From assembly GCA_038326985.1 (NCBI GenBank), contig JBBQKQ010000003.1:1-61016 (forward strand): a DNA stretch of 61,016 nucleotides. The letters run 5' to 3'. The DNA comes from Minisyncoccia bacterium (lineage in GTDB: Bacteria; Patescibacteriota; Minisyncoccia; Phycocordibacterales; UBA5272). The notes under the pieces are model-generated. The model was not told where the DNA came from. It ran no database searches and saw only the letters and a list, made by a program, of their open reading frames with translations. Both the position numbers and the translations under genes were made by a program. Below are positions 9,320 to 19,490 of the stretch, in pieces; the stretch's first letter is position 1; every line of letters begins with the position of its first letter.

Positions 9320-11023
9320 CTACTGGAAGCTTGTCGGTATAGTAGTCGAAGAGGTGCTGGCATTTTCTGGGTTTTGGTCTAAATCATCTTTATTTGGAGC
9401 TAATATTGCATGGTACTCAGGGGTATAGTACATTTTTTCTATAATCTTTCTTGCCAACACATTTGGTGTAGGAGATTTATTTTTAGTTCCTAACTCGCAC
9501 AAAACTATAAATGCGTACCTTGGTTTTGAGCTTGGATAATAACCCACAATCCAACTTTGGATTTTCTTATTCCCCACTCCCACTTCGGCAGTTCCCGATT
9601 TACCTGATATTTCTACTAATTTAGAATTTAAATTTTTTGCTGTTCCGTTGGTAACCACCATTCTCATCCCGTCTTGAACAACTTTATACCATTCGTCATT
9701 AACTGTTTTTGAAACTTGACCAGGTTTTATTTGCTGATCATCAATTCGAATCTTTGGAGTAATTAGTTTGCCATTAGTAGCTAGGCCCGTAGTCATTTTT
9801 AAAAGTGATATCGGCGTTAGTAAAAATCCATATTGCCCAATTGAGGAGTGGTAAGTATCCCCAAGCCACCATTCTTCATTAAAAATTCTTTTTTTCCAGT
9901 CTGGAGTAGGTATGTTTCCTTTCACTTCTCCTGGGAGGTCAATACCACTTAATGAGTCTGCTCCAAAACTTTTTGACCACTCATCGATAAGAGTAATTCC
10001 TAGACCTTTTTGTTTTTCATACCCACCCCCTATTGCATAGAAAAATACATCCGATGAGTTTGCGATTGCGGTGTAAACATTTACCCATCCATGCGCTTTC
10101 CAATCTCTAAAAATAGTACTTTTAGAAGAATCGATAACATTGGGGAGTTCTATTTTCCCACTTGAAAAAATAGAAGTTATAGTATTTATTAATCCAAGTT
10201 GTAATGCAGCGAGTGCAAAAAATGGCTTCATTGTAGATCCGGGAGCATAAGTTCCCCCAATTGCTCTATTTAAGTAAGGCTTTCCTTCGTCTTTGTTGAG
10301 CGAATCTAAATAAGTATTGTTACGCATATTTTGCGAGTCGTATTGAGGGTAATTTGTCATGGTTAAAACCTGACCATCTTTTATATCCATTACAATAACA
10401 GTGCCCCCTTCGAAGCCTTTTTCGGCAACAAAATCTTTAAGATGATTATAAGAATATTCTTGGAGATCAGCATCGAGACTGGTTTTAATATCCTTACCTT
10501 CAATAGCCAGACTAACAAGGAAACTTTGTTTGAGCTTGCCATCGGCACCTCTTTCAAAATATTGTTTGCCTGCCTTGCCAGAAAGCATTTGGTCATAATA
10601 AGCTTCCAAGCCTGATACTCCCTCAAAATTATTTTTCCAAAAAACTCCACTTGAATCTTTTTGGGGATAATTTACATAACCCAAAACATGGCCAAACCCA
10701 ACTCTTTCTGTATATTTTCTTTCATATTCGTAATCCTCCCCATCTACCTTTTCCGACTTTGCTAAAACTTCGCCATTTCTATCTAAAATACTTCCACGTG
10801 TTGGCAATATCGGAGAAGACACAAATTGATTGGTATCTGACTTGCCTGCATAAAAATCATATTTATTTACTTGCAAATAATAAGCACGACACAAGAAAGC
10901 ACTAAACCCAAATAAAACAAAAAAAGAAATTATTTTAATAGAGAAAAAACTAATTCTTGTGGTAGAATTCTTTTTTGATATTTTTTTAATTTGTAAATCT
11001 TGATATACGTCTTCGAATTTCAT
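9320..11023 (-). CDS. mrdA: Class B penicillin-binding protein 2
   Basis: PTRGSILDRNG, PGSTMK (SxxK), SSD, KSGTAE; in mreB-mreC cluster. Confidence 0.88.
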   Translation of the reverse strand: MKFEDVYQDLQIKKISKKNSTTRISFFSIKIISFFVLFGFSAFLCRAYYLQVNKYDFYAGKSDTNQFVSSPILPTRGSILDRNGEVLAKSEKVDGEDYEYERKYTERVGFGHVLGYVNYPQKDSSGVFWKNNFEGVSGLEAYYDQMLSGKAGKQYFERGADGKLKQSFLVSLAIEGKDIKTSLDADLQEYSYNHLKDFVAEKGFEGGTVIVMDIKDGQVLTMTNYPQYDSQNMRNNTYLDSLNKDEGKPYLNRAIGGTYAPGSTMKPFFALAALQLGLINTITSIFSSGKIELPNVIDSSKSTIFRDWKAHGWVNVYTAIANSSDVFFYAIGGGYEKQKGLGITLIDEWSKSFGADSLSGIDLPGEVKGNIPTPDWKKRIFNEEWWLGDTYHSSIGQYGFLLTPISLLKMTTGLATNGKLITPKIRIDDQQIKPGQVSKTVNDEWYKVVQDGMRMVVTNGTAKNLNSKLVEISGKSGTAEVGVGNKKIQSWIVGYYPSSKPRYAFIVLCELGTKNKSPTPNVLARKIIEKMYYTPEYHAILAPNKDDLDQNPENASTSSTTIPTSFQ

Positions 11024-11037
11024 GGGATCATTATAGC

Positions 11038-11238
11038 CTAAAAATTGAAATTTCTTCTACCAACTCTCAATCTCTTGAAAAAGTATTTGTATACCATATA
11101 TGATACTCCAAAAAAAATTATTACTACAAAAGTAACTGTCGGGAAAAAGAAACTGTAGTTGTTAAACAAAGTATCATAAATAAAAGTAAGAAAAACTATT
11201 GCGGAAAATATTCCTAATAAAATTTTATTGTATAACAT
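11038..11238 (-). CDS. Small 2-TM protein at the mreD position
   Basis: 66-aa hydrophobic ORF between mreC and PBP2; synteny only. Confidence 0.45.
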   Translation of the reverse strand: MLYNKILLGIFSAIVFLTFIYDTLFNNYSFFFPTVTFVVIIFFGVSYMVYKYFFKRLRVGRRNFNF

Positions 11239-11896
11239 AATAAATATCTTTTGTTAAAATATTGTAAGGAGCTTGGATTAAAATATTTGTTAAGGAGCTA
11301 CCAGTTTTGTTAACCTCGGTTACCTCGCCGACAATTGCCCTTGGGAAACCTTTCATGACTATTTGTGAACCGACCGCAATTTTCGAACCACCGGAAAGTG
11401 AGGCAGAATACAAACCATTTCCTAAAGCATGGATTTCTAAAAACTCATTTGTCTCTAAGTCTTCCACTATTACACCTGAGCCCACTGCTAAATTCCCAAC
11501 TTTTAAGGAGTTATCTAATACTTCTATTATTTGCCCGACAACCACATCTCCATTAGCAAAAACATTCATACCTTTATAAGGTGTTTTATCTTTTGGTAAA
11601 GTTGTATAAAAATCACCATAAAAATTTGAGTGAAAGATAAGAGATTTCACAAAACTAGGCTTTGGTTCATCATTTAAAATGCCTAAATTATTTTGCAAGT
11701 TTTTGTTGTCTACCTCTAAAATCTTATTTTTTTGTTTTAATAGTTTTAACTCCTCTCTTTCAGTTAAACTAAGTTCTAAATTTGAATTTGTAGTAAATCT
11801 ATTTAATACAAAATTTATTATTTTAATTCTAAAGAAAACACTTGAGAAAAAAAATATCAATATTAAAACTATTAAAATAATATTTTTTGTTTTCAT
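11225..11896 (-). CDS. mreC: Rod shape-determining protein MreC
   Basis: TM, coiled coil, beta domain (KGMNV..VVGQI; FPRAIVGEV); follows mreB. Confidence 0.75.
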   Translation of the reverse strand: MKTKNIILIVLILIFFFSSVFFRIKIINFVLNRFTTNSNLELSLTEREELKLLKQKNKILEVDNKNLQNNLGILNDEPKPSFVKSLIFHSNFYGDFYTTLPKDKTPYKGMNVFANGDVVVGQIIEVLDNSLKVGNLAVGSGVIVEDLETNEFLEIHALGNGLYSASLSGGSKIAVGSQIVMKGFPRAIVGEVTEVNKTGSSLTNILIQAPYNILTKDIYYVIQ

Positions 11897-11899
11897 ACT

Positions 11900-12928
11900 T
11901 TAGCCGTCGTTTCTAATTACCTCTTTAAAGTATTCTAAATTTTCTAAAATTTTTCCCGTTCCCTTTGCAACCAGACTCATTGGATCTTCAATTGTTGTAA
12001 CCGTGATCATTAATTCTTTTTCTATGAACTCCGACAATCCCCTTAAAAAAGCTCCGCCACCCGTTAAGTAAAGTCCTGTTTGCATAACGTCACCTATTAT
12101 TTCGGGTGGTGTTTTTTGTATAACTTCGCGAATCCCATTTACAAGCTCAACTACAGAAGCATTTATTGCTTTTGCAATATCAAAGTCAGAGACTGTTACT
12201 TCTTTGGGCAACCCAGAAACTATATCTCTTCCACGAACATTCATCGATAAATTTCCAGTTGGAATAACTGATCCAACAACAATTTTAGCTTCTTCGGCTG
12301 TTCTTTCTCCTACAATTATACGAAAGTTTTCTTTCAAATACTCAGCAATATCAGAATTAAATTTGTCACCCGCAATCTTCATACTTTTTGAGTTTACAAC
12401 TCCGAAAAAAGCGATTACTGCAATGTCAGTAGTACCACCACCAATATCTACCACCATTGACCCCGTAGACTCATTAATGGGCAATCCTAAGCCTATGGCA
12501 GCAGCCATAGGCTCGTCTACAATATACACTTTTCTAGCTCCCGCTGCTTTACAAGCATCTATAACCGCTTTAGTCTCCACATTTGTAACCTCCGATGGTA
12601 CACCTACAACAACCACCGGTCCGAAAAATTTTGTATTGAAACTATTTGCTTTCTTAATGTGGTACCCCAGCATCTCTTCAGTAATTTCAAAGTCCGAAAC
12701 TACTCCATCTAAAATTGGTCTTACGGCTTTTATATGAATTGGAGTTTTACCGAGCATGTCATAAGCAGTTTTTCCCACTGCCACCACTGAATTTGTTTTT
12801 GTATTTATTGCTACAACCGATGGCTCGTTTATAACAATACCTTTTCCAGCCAAGTACACCAGAGTATTCGCTGTACCCAAATCAATTCCAATTTTATTTG
12901 AAAAAATATCTAAAATACTTTTTGCCAT
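11900..12928 (-). CDS. mreB: Rod shape-determining protein MreB
   Basis: IGIDLGTANTLV, EPSVVA, VVDIGGGTTDIAV, LTGGGA. Confidence 0.96.
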   Translation of the reverse strand: MAKSILDIFSNKIGIDLGTANTLVYLAGKGIVINEPSVVAINTKTNSVVAVGKTAYDMLGKTPIHIKAVRPILDGVVSDFEITEEMLGYHIKKANSFNTKFFGPVVVVGVPSEVTNVETKAVIDACKAAGARKVYIVDEPMAAAIGLGLPINESTGSMVVDIGGGTTDIAVIAFFGVVNSKSMKIAGDKFNSDIAEYLKENFRIIVGERTAEEAKIVVGSVIPTGNLSMNVRGRDIVSGLPKEVTVSDFDIAKAINASVVELVNGIREVIQKTPPEIIGDVMQTGLYLTGGGAFLRGLSEFIEKELMITVTTIEDPMSLVAKGTGKILENLEYFKEVIRNDG

Positions 12929-14241
12929 AGACTCATTAATTCTTTTTCTAAATCTTCGACCTTTACCTTGACTACCTCACCAGTGTGTCTTAGTTTTATT
13001 TCCACCAGATTTTCCTCTAAGTTTTTAGTACCAATTATTATCTGCATAGGTATTCCGTAAAGGTCTGCATCATTAAGTTTTACACCTGCGGAGAGCTCAC
13101 GGTCGTCCCACAACACTTCATATTTTTTACTGTACTCTTCCCCTCCTTGATAAGGGGGGGTCAGGGGGGGTCTATTTAACATCTGATATACATTCTTTGA
13201 CACCTCATAAACTTTATCATTTTTTTCCTTGTGAAGTGAAACTATTTCAATATCAAACGGTGCAACAGCTTTTGGCCACACCAAACCTTTTTCATCACCA
13301 AATTTTTCTACTAGTACTCCCATAATTCTCGAACTTCCTATGCCATAACATCCCATGTGGGGTACAACATTTTTTTGGTTATCAACGTTAGTATATTGAA
13401 AATTAAACGATTTTGTAAACCTGTCTTCAAGCGTAAAAATATTTCCCACTTCACAAGCTTTTAGCTCTTCTAAATCCTCCACTTTAAGATTATTATTTTT
13501 TAATTCTATTTCCAAAACCTCCTTATTATAGGCAGTGCCAGAATTTTTATTTAAATAAATTATGTCTTCTCCAGCATCACAAACTACTTGAAATTCGTGT
13601 GAGAGTTTGTCAGTAAAATCTCCCCCAGAGGCCGAAGTTATAAAAGTACTTTCTCCAAGTCCTACTTCTTTAAAAAAGTTCATGTAAGCAACTTTTGCTT
13701 TTTCATAATAATCTTCAAAGTCTTCTTGTGTTAAGTGAAAAGAATAAAGATCTTTCATACGAAACTCTCGCCCTCGCAAAAGTCCCGATTTAGCACGAGG
13801 TTCGTTTCGAAATTTTGTTTGAATTTGGTAATAAGCAAATGGAAAATCTTTGTAGGATTTTCCAAACTCTAATGCTATTGGAGTTATTAATTCTTCGTGA
13901 GTTGAATTTAAAACGTACTCATTGCTAGATTTATTTTTAGAGTTTTCATTTGCAGCACTAGCTTTAAAAAGCACATCTACTTCTTCTAGTCTTCCTGTTT
14001 TCTCCCAAAGTTCTTTGGGTGCAAGCGAAGACATAGTTATTTCATTGCCTATCGTGTCCATTTGTTTTCGTATTAGGTTTTCTATTTTGTTTAAGACTTT
14101 TAGACCCATTGGTAAATAAGAGTAAACTCCCGCCATTTCTTTATAAATAAAATTGGCACGGTCTAAAAGTATAGCATTTTTGGCAACTTCGTCACTCGGT
14201 GCCTCTTTTTTTGTTTTTAAAAATAGTTTTGAATGTAACAT
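12910..14241 (-). CDS. proS: Prolyl-tRNA synthetase, short form without INS editing domain
   Basis: QIQTKFRNEPRAKSGLLRGREFRMKDLYSF, EVGNIF, MGCYGIG, anticodon-binding domain. Confidence 0.92.
   Translation of the reverse strand: MLHSKLFLKTKKEAPSDEVAKNAILLDRANFIYKEMAGVYSYLPMGLKVLNKIENLIRKQMDTIGNEITMSSLAPKELWEKTGRLEEVDVLFKASAANENSKNKSSNEYVLNSTHEELITPIALEFGKSYKDFPFAYYQIQTKFRNEPRAKSGLLRGREFRMKDLYSFHLTQEDFEDYYEKAKVAYMNFFKEVGLGESTFITSASGGDFTDKLSHEFQVVCDAGEDIIYLNKNSGTAYNKEVLEIELKNNNLKVEDLEELKACEVGNIFTLEDRFTKSFNFQYTNVDNQKNVVPHMGCYGIGSSRIMGVLVEKFGDEKGLVWPKAVAPFDIEIVSLHKEKNDKVYEVSKNVYQMLNRPPLTPPYQGGEEYSKKYEVLWDDRELSAGVKLNDADLYGIPMQIIIGTKNLEENLVEIKLRHTGEVVKVKVEDLEKELMSLWQKVF
13138..13171 (-). repeat. 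Dispersed palindromic repeat, in frame inside proS
   Basis: ACCCCCCCTGACCCCCCCTTATCAAGGAGGGGAA; 27/34 identical to 39052..39085; encodes PPLTPPYQGGE. Confidence 0.85.
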
Positions 14242-14349
14242 AAAATTTATGGTTTTCTAAACTCATTTTACTACAAATAACTAATTTTATATACTTTACG
14301 TCCCCATAAATATGTTATATAATGTGGCTCCCGTAAATAGGAGGAAGTC

Positions 14350-14580
14350 ATGATGTGCAATGATGGAAACAACCCGACTTACACCCTCGGGGATATCCGA
14401 GGCTTTACCGTAATAGCCAAGCTTGACGAGACAGTGGCGCGAGAGGTATTGGCGTTGGCGGAAGCTTACGATAAAGAAAAAGGAGCTATCCAACAGCAAG
14501 ATCTCCTGAATATCCTTGGTAACAACAAGGCTATGATGGATGACTTTCTTTTCTTTCGTGAGCTGGGGGCGCATGGCTGA
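14350..14580 (+). CDS. 76-aa hypothetical protein, GC-rich
   Basis: GGAGG SD 5-6 nt before ATG, ~50% GC by hand count of first ~110 nt, TGA stop, downstream hairpin. Confidence 0.75.
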   Translation: MMCNDGNNPTYTLGDIRGFTVIAKLDETVAREVLALAEAYDKEKGAIQQQDLLNILGNNKAMMDDFLFFRELGAHG

Positions 14581-14601
14581 AAAGCCGAAAATTGTTAAAT
14601 A

Positions 14602-14623
14602 GGTGGGGCGATTCCGCCCCACC
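14602..14623 (+). terminator. GC-rich hairpin
   Basis: GGTGGGGCG-attc-CGCCCCACC perfect 9-bp stem. Confidence 0.65.
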
Positions 14624-14673
14624 AGAAGATCAGAGTAAAAATCTGACTTTTTTATTTTAATTTTTTTTTAGAA

Positions 14674-17370
14674 TTATTTTTGCTTATCTCTCTTCAAAAC
14701 TTTTTTAAGATATCTACCAGTGTGCGAAGCTTCAATTGTCGCGACATGCTCAGGAGTTCCTTGAGCTACAATATTTCCCCCACCCACTCCACCTTCTGGT
14801 CCAATATCTATAAGCCAATCAGAAACTTTTATGATATCTAAATTATGCTCAATTAAAACTACACTATTTCCCTTATCCACAAGTTTATTTAAAATCTCAA
14901 TAAGTTTTTTTACATCTTCAAAGTGAAGACCAACAGTAGGCTCATCGAGCAAATAAATTGTTCTTTCAGTCATTGGTCTATAAAGCTCACTAGATATTTT
15001 TACACGTTGCGCCTCACCACCAGATAATGTAGTCGCACTTTGCCCAAGTTTCAAATATCCAAGGCCTACTCTATTCATAGAGTCCATTCTGTCAAAAATA
15101 CTTGGTATCTCGTAGAAAAATTTTGAAGCTTCTTCAACTGTCATTTCTAAAAGCTCATAAACATTTTTTCCTTTAAATTTTACCTCCAAAGTTTCTTTCA
15201 TAAACCTTTTTCCTTGGCAAACATCACAAAGTACGTAAACAGTTGGTAGAAAGTGCATTTCTACCGCAATTTGGCCATTTCCTTGGCACGCTTCACAGCG
15301 ACCACCTGGGACATTAAAGGAAAACCGCGATGGTGACCAGCCGCGTATTTTTGCTTCAGCGGACTCTGCGAATAATTCGCGAATTGGGGTCCAAGCACCA
15401 GTATAAGTCGCGGGGTTACTTCTTGGGGTTCTACCAATTGGACTTTGGTCAATTAATACCACTCGTGACAAATTTTCTTCTACACCACCAAAAAATTCTG
15501 CATTATAAGTTTTTGCAGTACGCATTTTACGTTCAAGTTTTGCTTCCAGATTTCTGTTTATTATTTCATACATTAAAGTAGATTTTCCACTTCCGGAAAC
15601 TCCAGTAATAGTCACCATTTTTTGTAAAGGAATTTTGGTGTTTAAATTTTGAATGTTAAATGCATTACCATTTTTAATTACCAAACTTCCGCCGTCTTTT
15701 GTTCGCCTTTCTTTAGGTACAAAAACTTTTGTTTCTTCTCGCAAGTACGAAAGTGTAATTGAGTTGCTTTTATTCGTCGGAGCCTCTAAAAGTTTATCAA
15801 GCCAATCAGCTACAATTACCTCCCCACCGTGAATTCCTGCACCAGGGCCAATATCTACCAAAAAGTCTGAAGCATAAGCTGTGTCTTCATCATGCTCAAC
15901 AACTAAAATAGTATTTCCCAGATCTCGAAGTTTTAAAAGTGTTTTTATGAGTCTGTCGTTATCACGCTGGTGAAGACCAATTGTCGGTTCGTCTAAAACA
16001 TAAAGTGCCCCAACAAGTGATGACCCAAGTTGAGAGGCTAAGCGAATTCTCTGTGCCTCACCACCTGAAAGTGTGTCGGCTTTTCTGTTTAGTGTAAGAT
16101 AATCTAAACCAACATCAAGCAAGAAATCTAAGCGAGTTAGAATTTCACGCATCACAACATAGGCAATTTCTTTTTCCTTGTCTGTTAAAACCAAATTTGC
16201 AAAGAATGATTTTGCTAAACCAATAGACAAATCTGTAGCATCGACAATATTTAGCCTCACCCCCGACCCCTCTTGCTTCGCTTCAAGTGTTCCCTTGCCT
16301 ATAGAGAGGGGAGCAGTGCTATTTAAAAATACATTTAATGCTTCTTTTCGAAGTCTCTTACCTTCACAATCATCGCATGGGTCTAGCGCTCCTAAATATT
16401 TCACACCTAATCCATTACAAGTTGGACAAGCACCATAAGGAGAGTTAAAAGAAAAAAGTCTTGGCTCTACTTCTGGAAATGAAAACCCACAGTTTGAACA
16501 AGCAAATTGCGAAGACAGCACAACACTTTCGCCATACAAAATAAATTCTACCAATCCTTTTGACTCGTGGATTGAGTGTTCAATAGCCTCACTCAAACGA
16601 GTTTTGGCATCTTTAGTTTTTTTGAGAATTTCGTCTACCCCAATAGAATCAACCAAAACAGAAATATTGTGTTTTTTATTTTTCTCCAAAACTATTTTCT
16701 CTCGCAAGTTATGCTTTTCCCCGTCAACATAAGTTTCAGTATAACCCTTTCCAAGCATGTCATAAAGCATTTGGTAGTATTCTCCTTTTCTACCGCGAAC
16801 AACTGGTGAAAGTATCTCCACCACATCGCCTGAAAATTCTACTCCTTTTACTTTTTTAGTTTCTACTTTTCCTGTTTTTTTCGCATGAGTTATTTTCTCG
16901 TAAACAATATTTATTATTTCTTCATTGGAAAGTTTCTGAATTCTGGCTCCACATTCTACACAGTGTGGCTGACCAACACGGGCATATAAAACACGTAAGT
17001 AATCGTAAATCTCAGTGATAGTTGCCACTGTTGAACGTGGGTTATTACTTCTTGTTTTTTGGTCGATAGCTATAGCTGGTGATAAACCAGTTATTTCGTC
17101 CACATCTGGTTTTTCAAGTTGGTTTAAAAATTGACGTGCGTATGGTGACAGACTTTCTACATATCTTCTTTGCCCTTCTGCAAAAATTGTGTCAAAAGCG
17201 AGAGACGACTTTCCAGATCCAGAAAGTCCAGTAAAAATAACCATCTTGTTACGTGGGATTTCCAAATCAATATTTTTCAAATTGTGTGTTCGTGCACCTT
17301 TAATAACTATTTTTTCTCCAGAAATAACAGCTTGGAATTTATTTTTATTACTTAACTCTTCTTTTTTCAT
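14674..17370 (-). CDS. uvrA: Excinuclease ABC subunit A
   Basis: [30 protein letters not shown], zinc motifs. Confidence 0.97.
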   Translation of the reverse strand: MKKEELSNKNKFQAVISGEKIVIKGARTHNLKNIDLEIPRNKMVIFTGLSGSGKSSLAFDTIFAEGQRRYVESLSPYARQFLNQLEKPDVDEITGLSPAIAIDQKTRSNNPRSTVATITEIYDYLRVLYARVGQPHCVECGARIQKLSNEEIINIVYEKITHAKKTGKVETKKVKGVEFSGDVVEILSPVVRGRKGEYYQMLYDMLGKGYTETYVDGEKHNLREKIVLEKNKKHNISVLVDSIGVDEILKKTKDAKTRLSEAIEHSIHESKGLVEFILYGESVVLSSQFACSNCGFSFPEVEPRLFSFNSPYGACPTCNGLGVKYLGALDPCDDCEGKRLRKEALNVFLNSTAPLSIGKGTLEAKQEGSGVRLNIVDATDLSIGLAKSFFANLVLTDKEKEIAYVVMREILTRLDFLLDVGLDYLTLNRKADTLSGGEAQRIRLASQLGSSLVGALYVLDEPTIGLHQRDNDRLIKTLLKLRDLGNTILVVEHDEDTAYASDFLVDIGPGAGIHGGEVIVADWLDKLLEAPTNKSNSITLSYLREETKVFVPKERRTKDGGSLVIKNGNAFNIQNLNTKIPLQKMVTITGVSGSGKSTLMYEIINRNLEAKLERKMRTAKTYNAEFFGGVEENLSRVVLIDQSPIGRTPRSNPATYTGAWTPIRELFAESAEAKIRGWSPSRFSFNVPGGRCEACQGNGQIAVEMHFLPTVYVLCDVCQGKRFMKETLEVKFKGKNVYELLEMTVEEASKFFYEIPSIFDRMDSMNRVGLGYLKLGQSATTLSGGEAQRVKISSELYRPMTERTIYLLDEPTVGLHFEDVKKLIEILNKLVDKGNSVVLIEHNLDIIKVSDWLIDIGPEGGVGGGNIVAQGTPEHVATIEASHTGRYLKKVLKRDKQK
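16255..16313 (+). repeat. Long variant of the dispersed repeat, antisense and in frame inside uvrA
   Basis: CCTCACCCCCGACCCCTCT...AGAGGGGAG with 7-bp stem CCCCTCT/AGAGGGG; antisense peptide [20 protein letters not shown]. Confidence 0.65.
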
Positions 17371-17418
17371 ATCAATTCTAAATTATACCACACATGTCAA
17401 ACTCTTTTGACGTTCAAA

Positions 17419-17865
17419 CTAATTACCAATTACAGAATATGTCCTGTTGATATTTCCGGATCCTGGTGACAACCCATCTTGCTCTTTATAAAATTGAGGA
17501 ATCGCAATTGGTATTCCAAATGTAACCGCTATTAGACTAGCTACTGCGTAAAAAGTAAACATGAGAGTTAGAGCTATCAAACCATAAAGAATAAAACTTC
17601 TAGGTTGAGTTCCACTCCCATTTGGAGAAATTATCATTTTAACTAATTCAAAAATATACCAAGCTACTGCACCGGTAACAATAAGCCATAAAACAATATC
17701 GTTAATTATAGATTTTGCGTATTCAAAAAGTCCAAATAAGTCCTGGGTATAAGTAGTTGCCGCGTATGTAAAAAGTGGAGTGACAAGAAAAGATAAAAGT
17801 ACTCCATACAAAAAAGTTTTTAAATATATGTTTGTATTATTAACTTTTTTAACTTTTTGTTTCAT
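17419..17865 (-). CDS. VirB2/TrbC-like pilin-family membrane protein
   Basis: Signal-like N-terminus plus two TM helices; FILYGLIALTLMF. Confidence 0.55.
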   Translation of the reverse strand: MKQKVKKVNNTNIYLKTFLYGVLLSFLVTPLFTYAATTYTQDLFGLFEYAKSIINDIVLWLIVTGAVAWYIFELVKMIISPNGSGTQPRSFILYGLIALTLMFTFYAVASLIAVTFGIPIAIPQFYKEQDGLSPGSGNINRTYSVIGN

Positions 17866-17868
17866 ATT

Positions 17869-18186
17869 TTAATTATTTCTATATATGCCCCCAACTGGTG
17901 CAGAGTTTACTCCAAATATTGATCCTGTTAAACCTATGAGTGAGTATAAACTAAATATTACAGTTAAAATTATTAATCCCCACATAATTTGCCCAGGAGT
18001 AACTTTTCCTGAACCCCCGAAAACCCCACCTTTACTTTCAAACCAACCTATTTTGTTGCCCATAAATTTAATTATTAACCAAAAAAATGCTAGTACTGCA
18101 CCTCCTGTTAATACCCAAATGATACCTGCTTCAAATATATTTTTAAATGCGTATAATAGTCCAACTAATCCTTCTCCTGATGACAT
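17869..18186 (-). CDS. VirB2/TrbC-like pilin-family membrane protein
   Basis: Two TM helices; IMWGLIILTVIFSLYSLI. Confidence 0.55.
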   Translation of the reverse strand: MSSGEGLVGLLYAFKNIFEAGIIWVLTGGAVLAFFWLIIKFMGNKIGWFESKGGVFGGSGKVTPGQIMWGLIILTVIFSLYSLIGLTGSIFGVNSAPVGGIYRNN

Positions 18187-18189
18187 AAA

Positions 18190-18429
18190 TTAATGTTTAG
18201 CCTCTGGCGCCTTTTTAAACATCTTCTCAGCTCCAGATATATCACTAAACTCATCTTCTGATTTTAATAATCTTTTTTCCCTATCTTCTTTATGTGCAGA
18301 ACCAAATTCCAAATGAGTTTTTAATTGTTTTATTAAATCTTCACCAGACTCTACCAAAAATTCTTGCTTGCAAGTATTTTCTTTACCTTCTAATACAGAA
18401 AATTGTTCACAAATAAATACTTTTTTCAT
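18190..18429 (-). CDS. 79-aa hypothetical protein
   Basis: ORF with GTGTTATAAT 8 nt upstream of ATG. Confidence 0.6.
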   Translation of the reverse strand: MKKVFICEQFSVLEGKENTCKQEFLVESGEDLIKQLKTHLEFGSAHKEDREKRLLKSEDEFSDISGAEKMFKKAPEAKH

Positions 18430-18471
18430 GTAACTAAATTATAACACCATAATTCGAAAATAAGTTTTCCC

Positions 18472-18506
18472 CAAAAAAAACAACACCGATCTCACGAAAG
18501 GTGCTG
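18472..18506 (-). terminator. Intrinsic terminator
   Basis: CAGCACC...GGTGTTG stem followed by T8 on minus strand. Confidence 0.7.
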
Positions 18507-18579
18507 GATAGAAGTGTCACGTTTCAACATGCCACTCCTATCACTAATTACTACATCTCTATTGGGTATTTATTACAAA

Positions 18580-18933
18580 TTAATTTGTTAAGGTAGTAAT
18601 GGTATTACTCATAACCTGAGCTATAAGCTCGGCAGAAAGAATTATGAACCCACCAATTAAAGCACTCCAAAGTGCTTTTTTTGCTTCTGCCATACCTTTT
18701 CCAATGCCACTAAGGTTTGCCGTTAAAAATAACCATCCAGCGTACATAATTGCAATAACAACAAACGGTATTAAAATGTAGCGAACAACTCTAACTACTA
18801 TTAAAATAAGCTGAGAAATACTAGTTAAACCAATTGGGTTTTTTAGACCTACATTTGCAGTACCTTCTGCAAATAGAATAACTGGGGAAAGAATAATAGT
18901 GAAAACAAACAAATTTATTAAAAACTTTTTCAT
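18580..18933 (-). CDS. VirB2/TrbC-like pilin-family membrane protein
   Basis: Signal peptide, LKNPIG, IMYAGWLFLTA...AKKALWSALIGGFIILSA pattern. Confidence 0.7.
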   Translation of the reverse strand: MKKFLINLFVFTIILSPVILFAEGTANVGLKNPIGLTSISQLILIVVRVVRYILIPFVVIAIMYAGWLFLTANLSGIGKGMAEAKKALWSALIGGFIILSAELIAQVMSNTITTLTN

Positions 18934-18951
18934 GTTCTTAGTTTAACATAT

Positions 18952-19485
18952 TTAATTTATAATTACCTGCCTTGCTTTTACTTGTCTTCCATTTTCATCT
19001 AAAAGAAAAGTATTAATTCTTGTGTCTACTTGGAATAAATCAACAATTGTGCGGACAATTAACCAAGCAGCTAGAAGAAGTATGAAATATACTATTCGCT
19101 CTTGAAATATCTTTTTTAGATTTTTTATCATATCTCCACCAGAACCAGAATTTTTTCCATACATTATCTTTGCACCTGTATACATTATTATTAAAGGAAT
19201 AATAAGTAGAGCAAGTAAAATTATAAATACCAGAATTCTACCCGCTATACTGACAAGGTCTGGTAAAGTACATTCTCTAGCGTATTCCGTACAAGCTCCA
19301 GCAGAGTTTACGTTTCTGCCACATATTACAAGGACCGGAAGAACATTGTCTTTTACACACGCGGGTGGATCAGAAAAACCTAAAATATTTCTTGTTTGTG
19401 CATTAGCAACTATTGGATTTGTAAAAACCGTAGCCATAAAAACGGTAATCATGAAATAAAGAAAATGTTTTTTGATTTTAAACAT
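18952..19485 (-). CDS. Pilin-like membrane protein with Cys-rich N-terminal segment
   Basis: Signal peptide, 4 Cys, IMYTGAKIM...YFILLLAAWLIV. Confidence 0.6.
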   Translation of the reverse strand: MFKIKKHFLYFMITVFMATVFTNPIVANAQTRNILGFSDPPACVKDNVLPVLVICGRNVNSAGACTEYARECTLPDLVSIAGRILVFIILLALLIIPLIIMYTGAKIMYGKNSGSGGDMIKNLKKIFQERIVYFILLLAAWLIVRTIVDLFQVDTRINTFLLDENGRQVKARQVIIN

Positions 19486-19490
19486 GTATT

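Noticed and set aside
14296-14622. 108-aa minus-strand ORF
   Set aside because: Shadow of the + strand 76-aa gene, which has the SD, promoter and terminator.
18481-18575. SRP (4.5S) RNA or tmRNA
   Set aside because: Lacks the SRP helix-8 GGAA/GCAG motif and tRNA-like ends.
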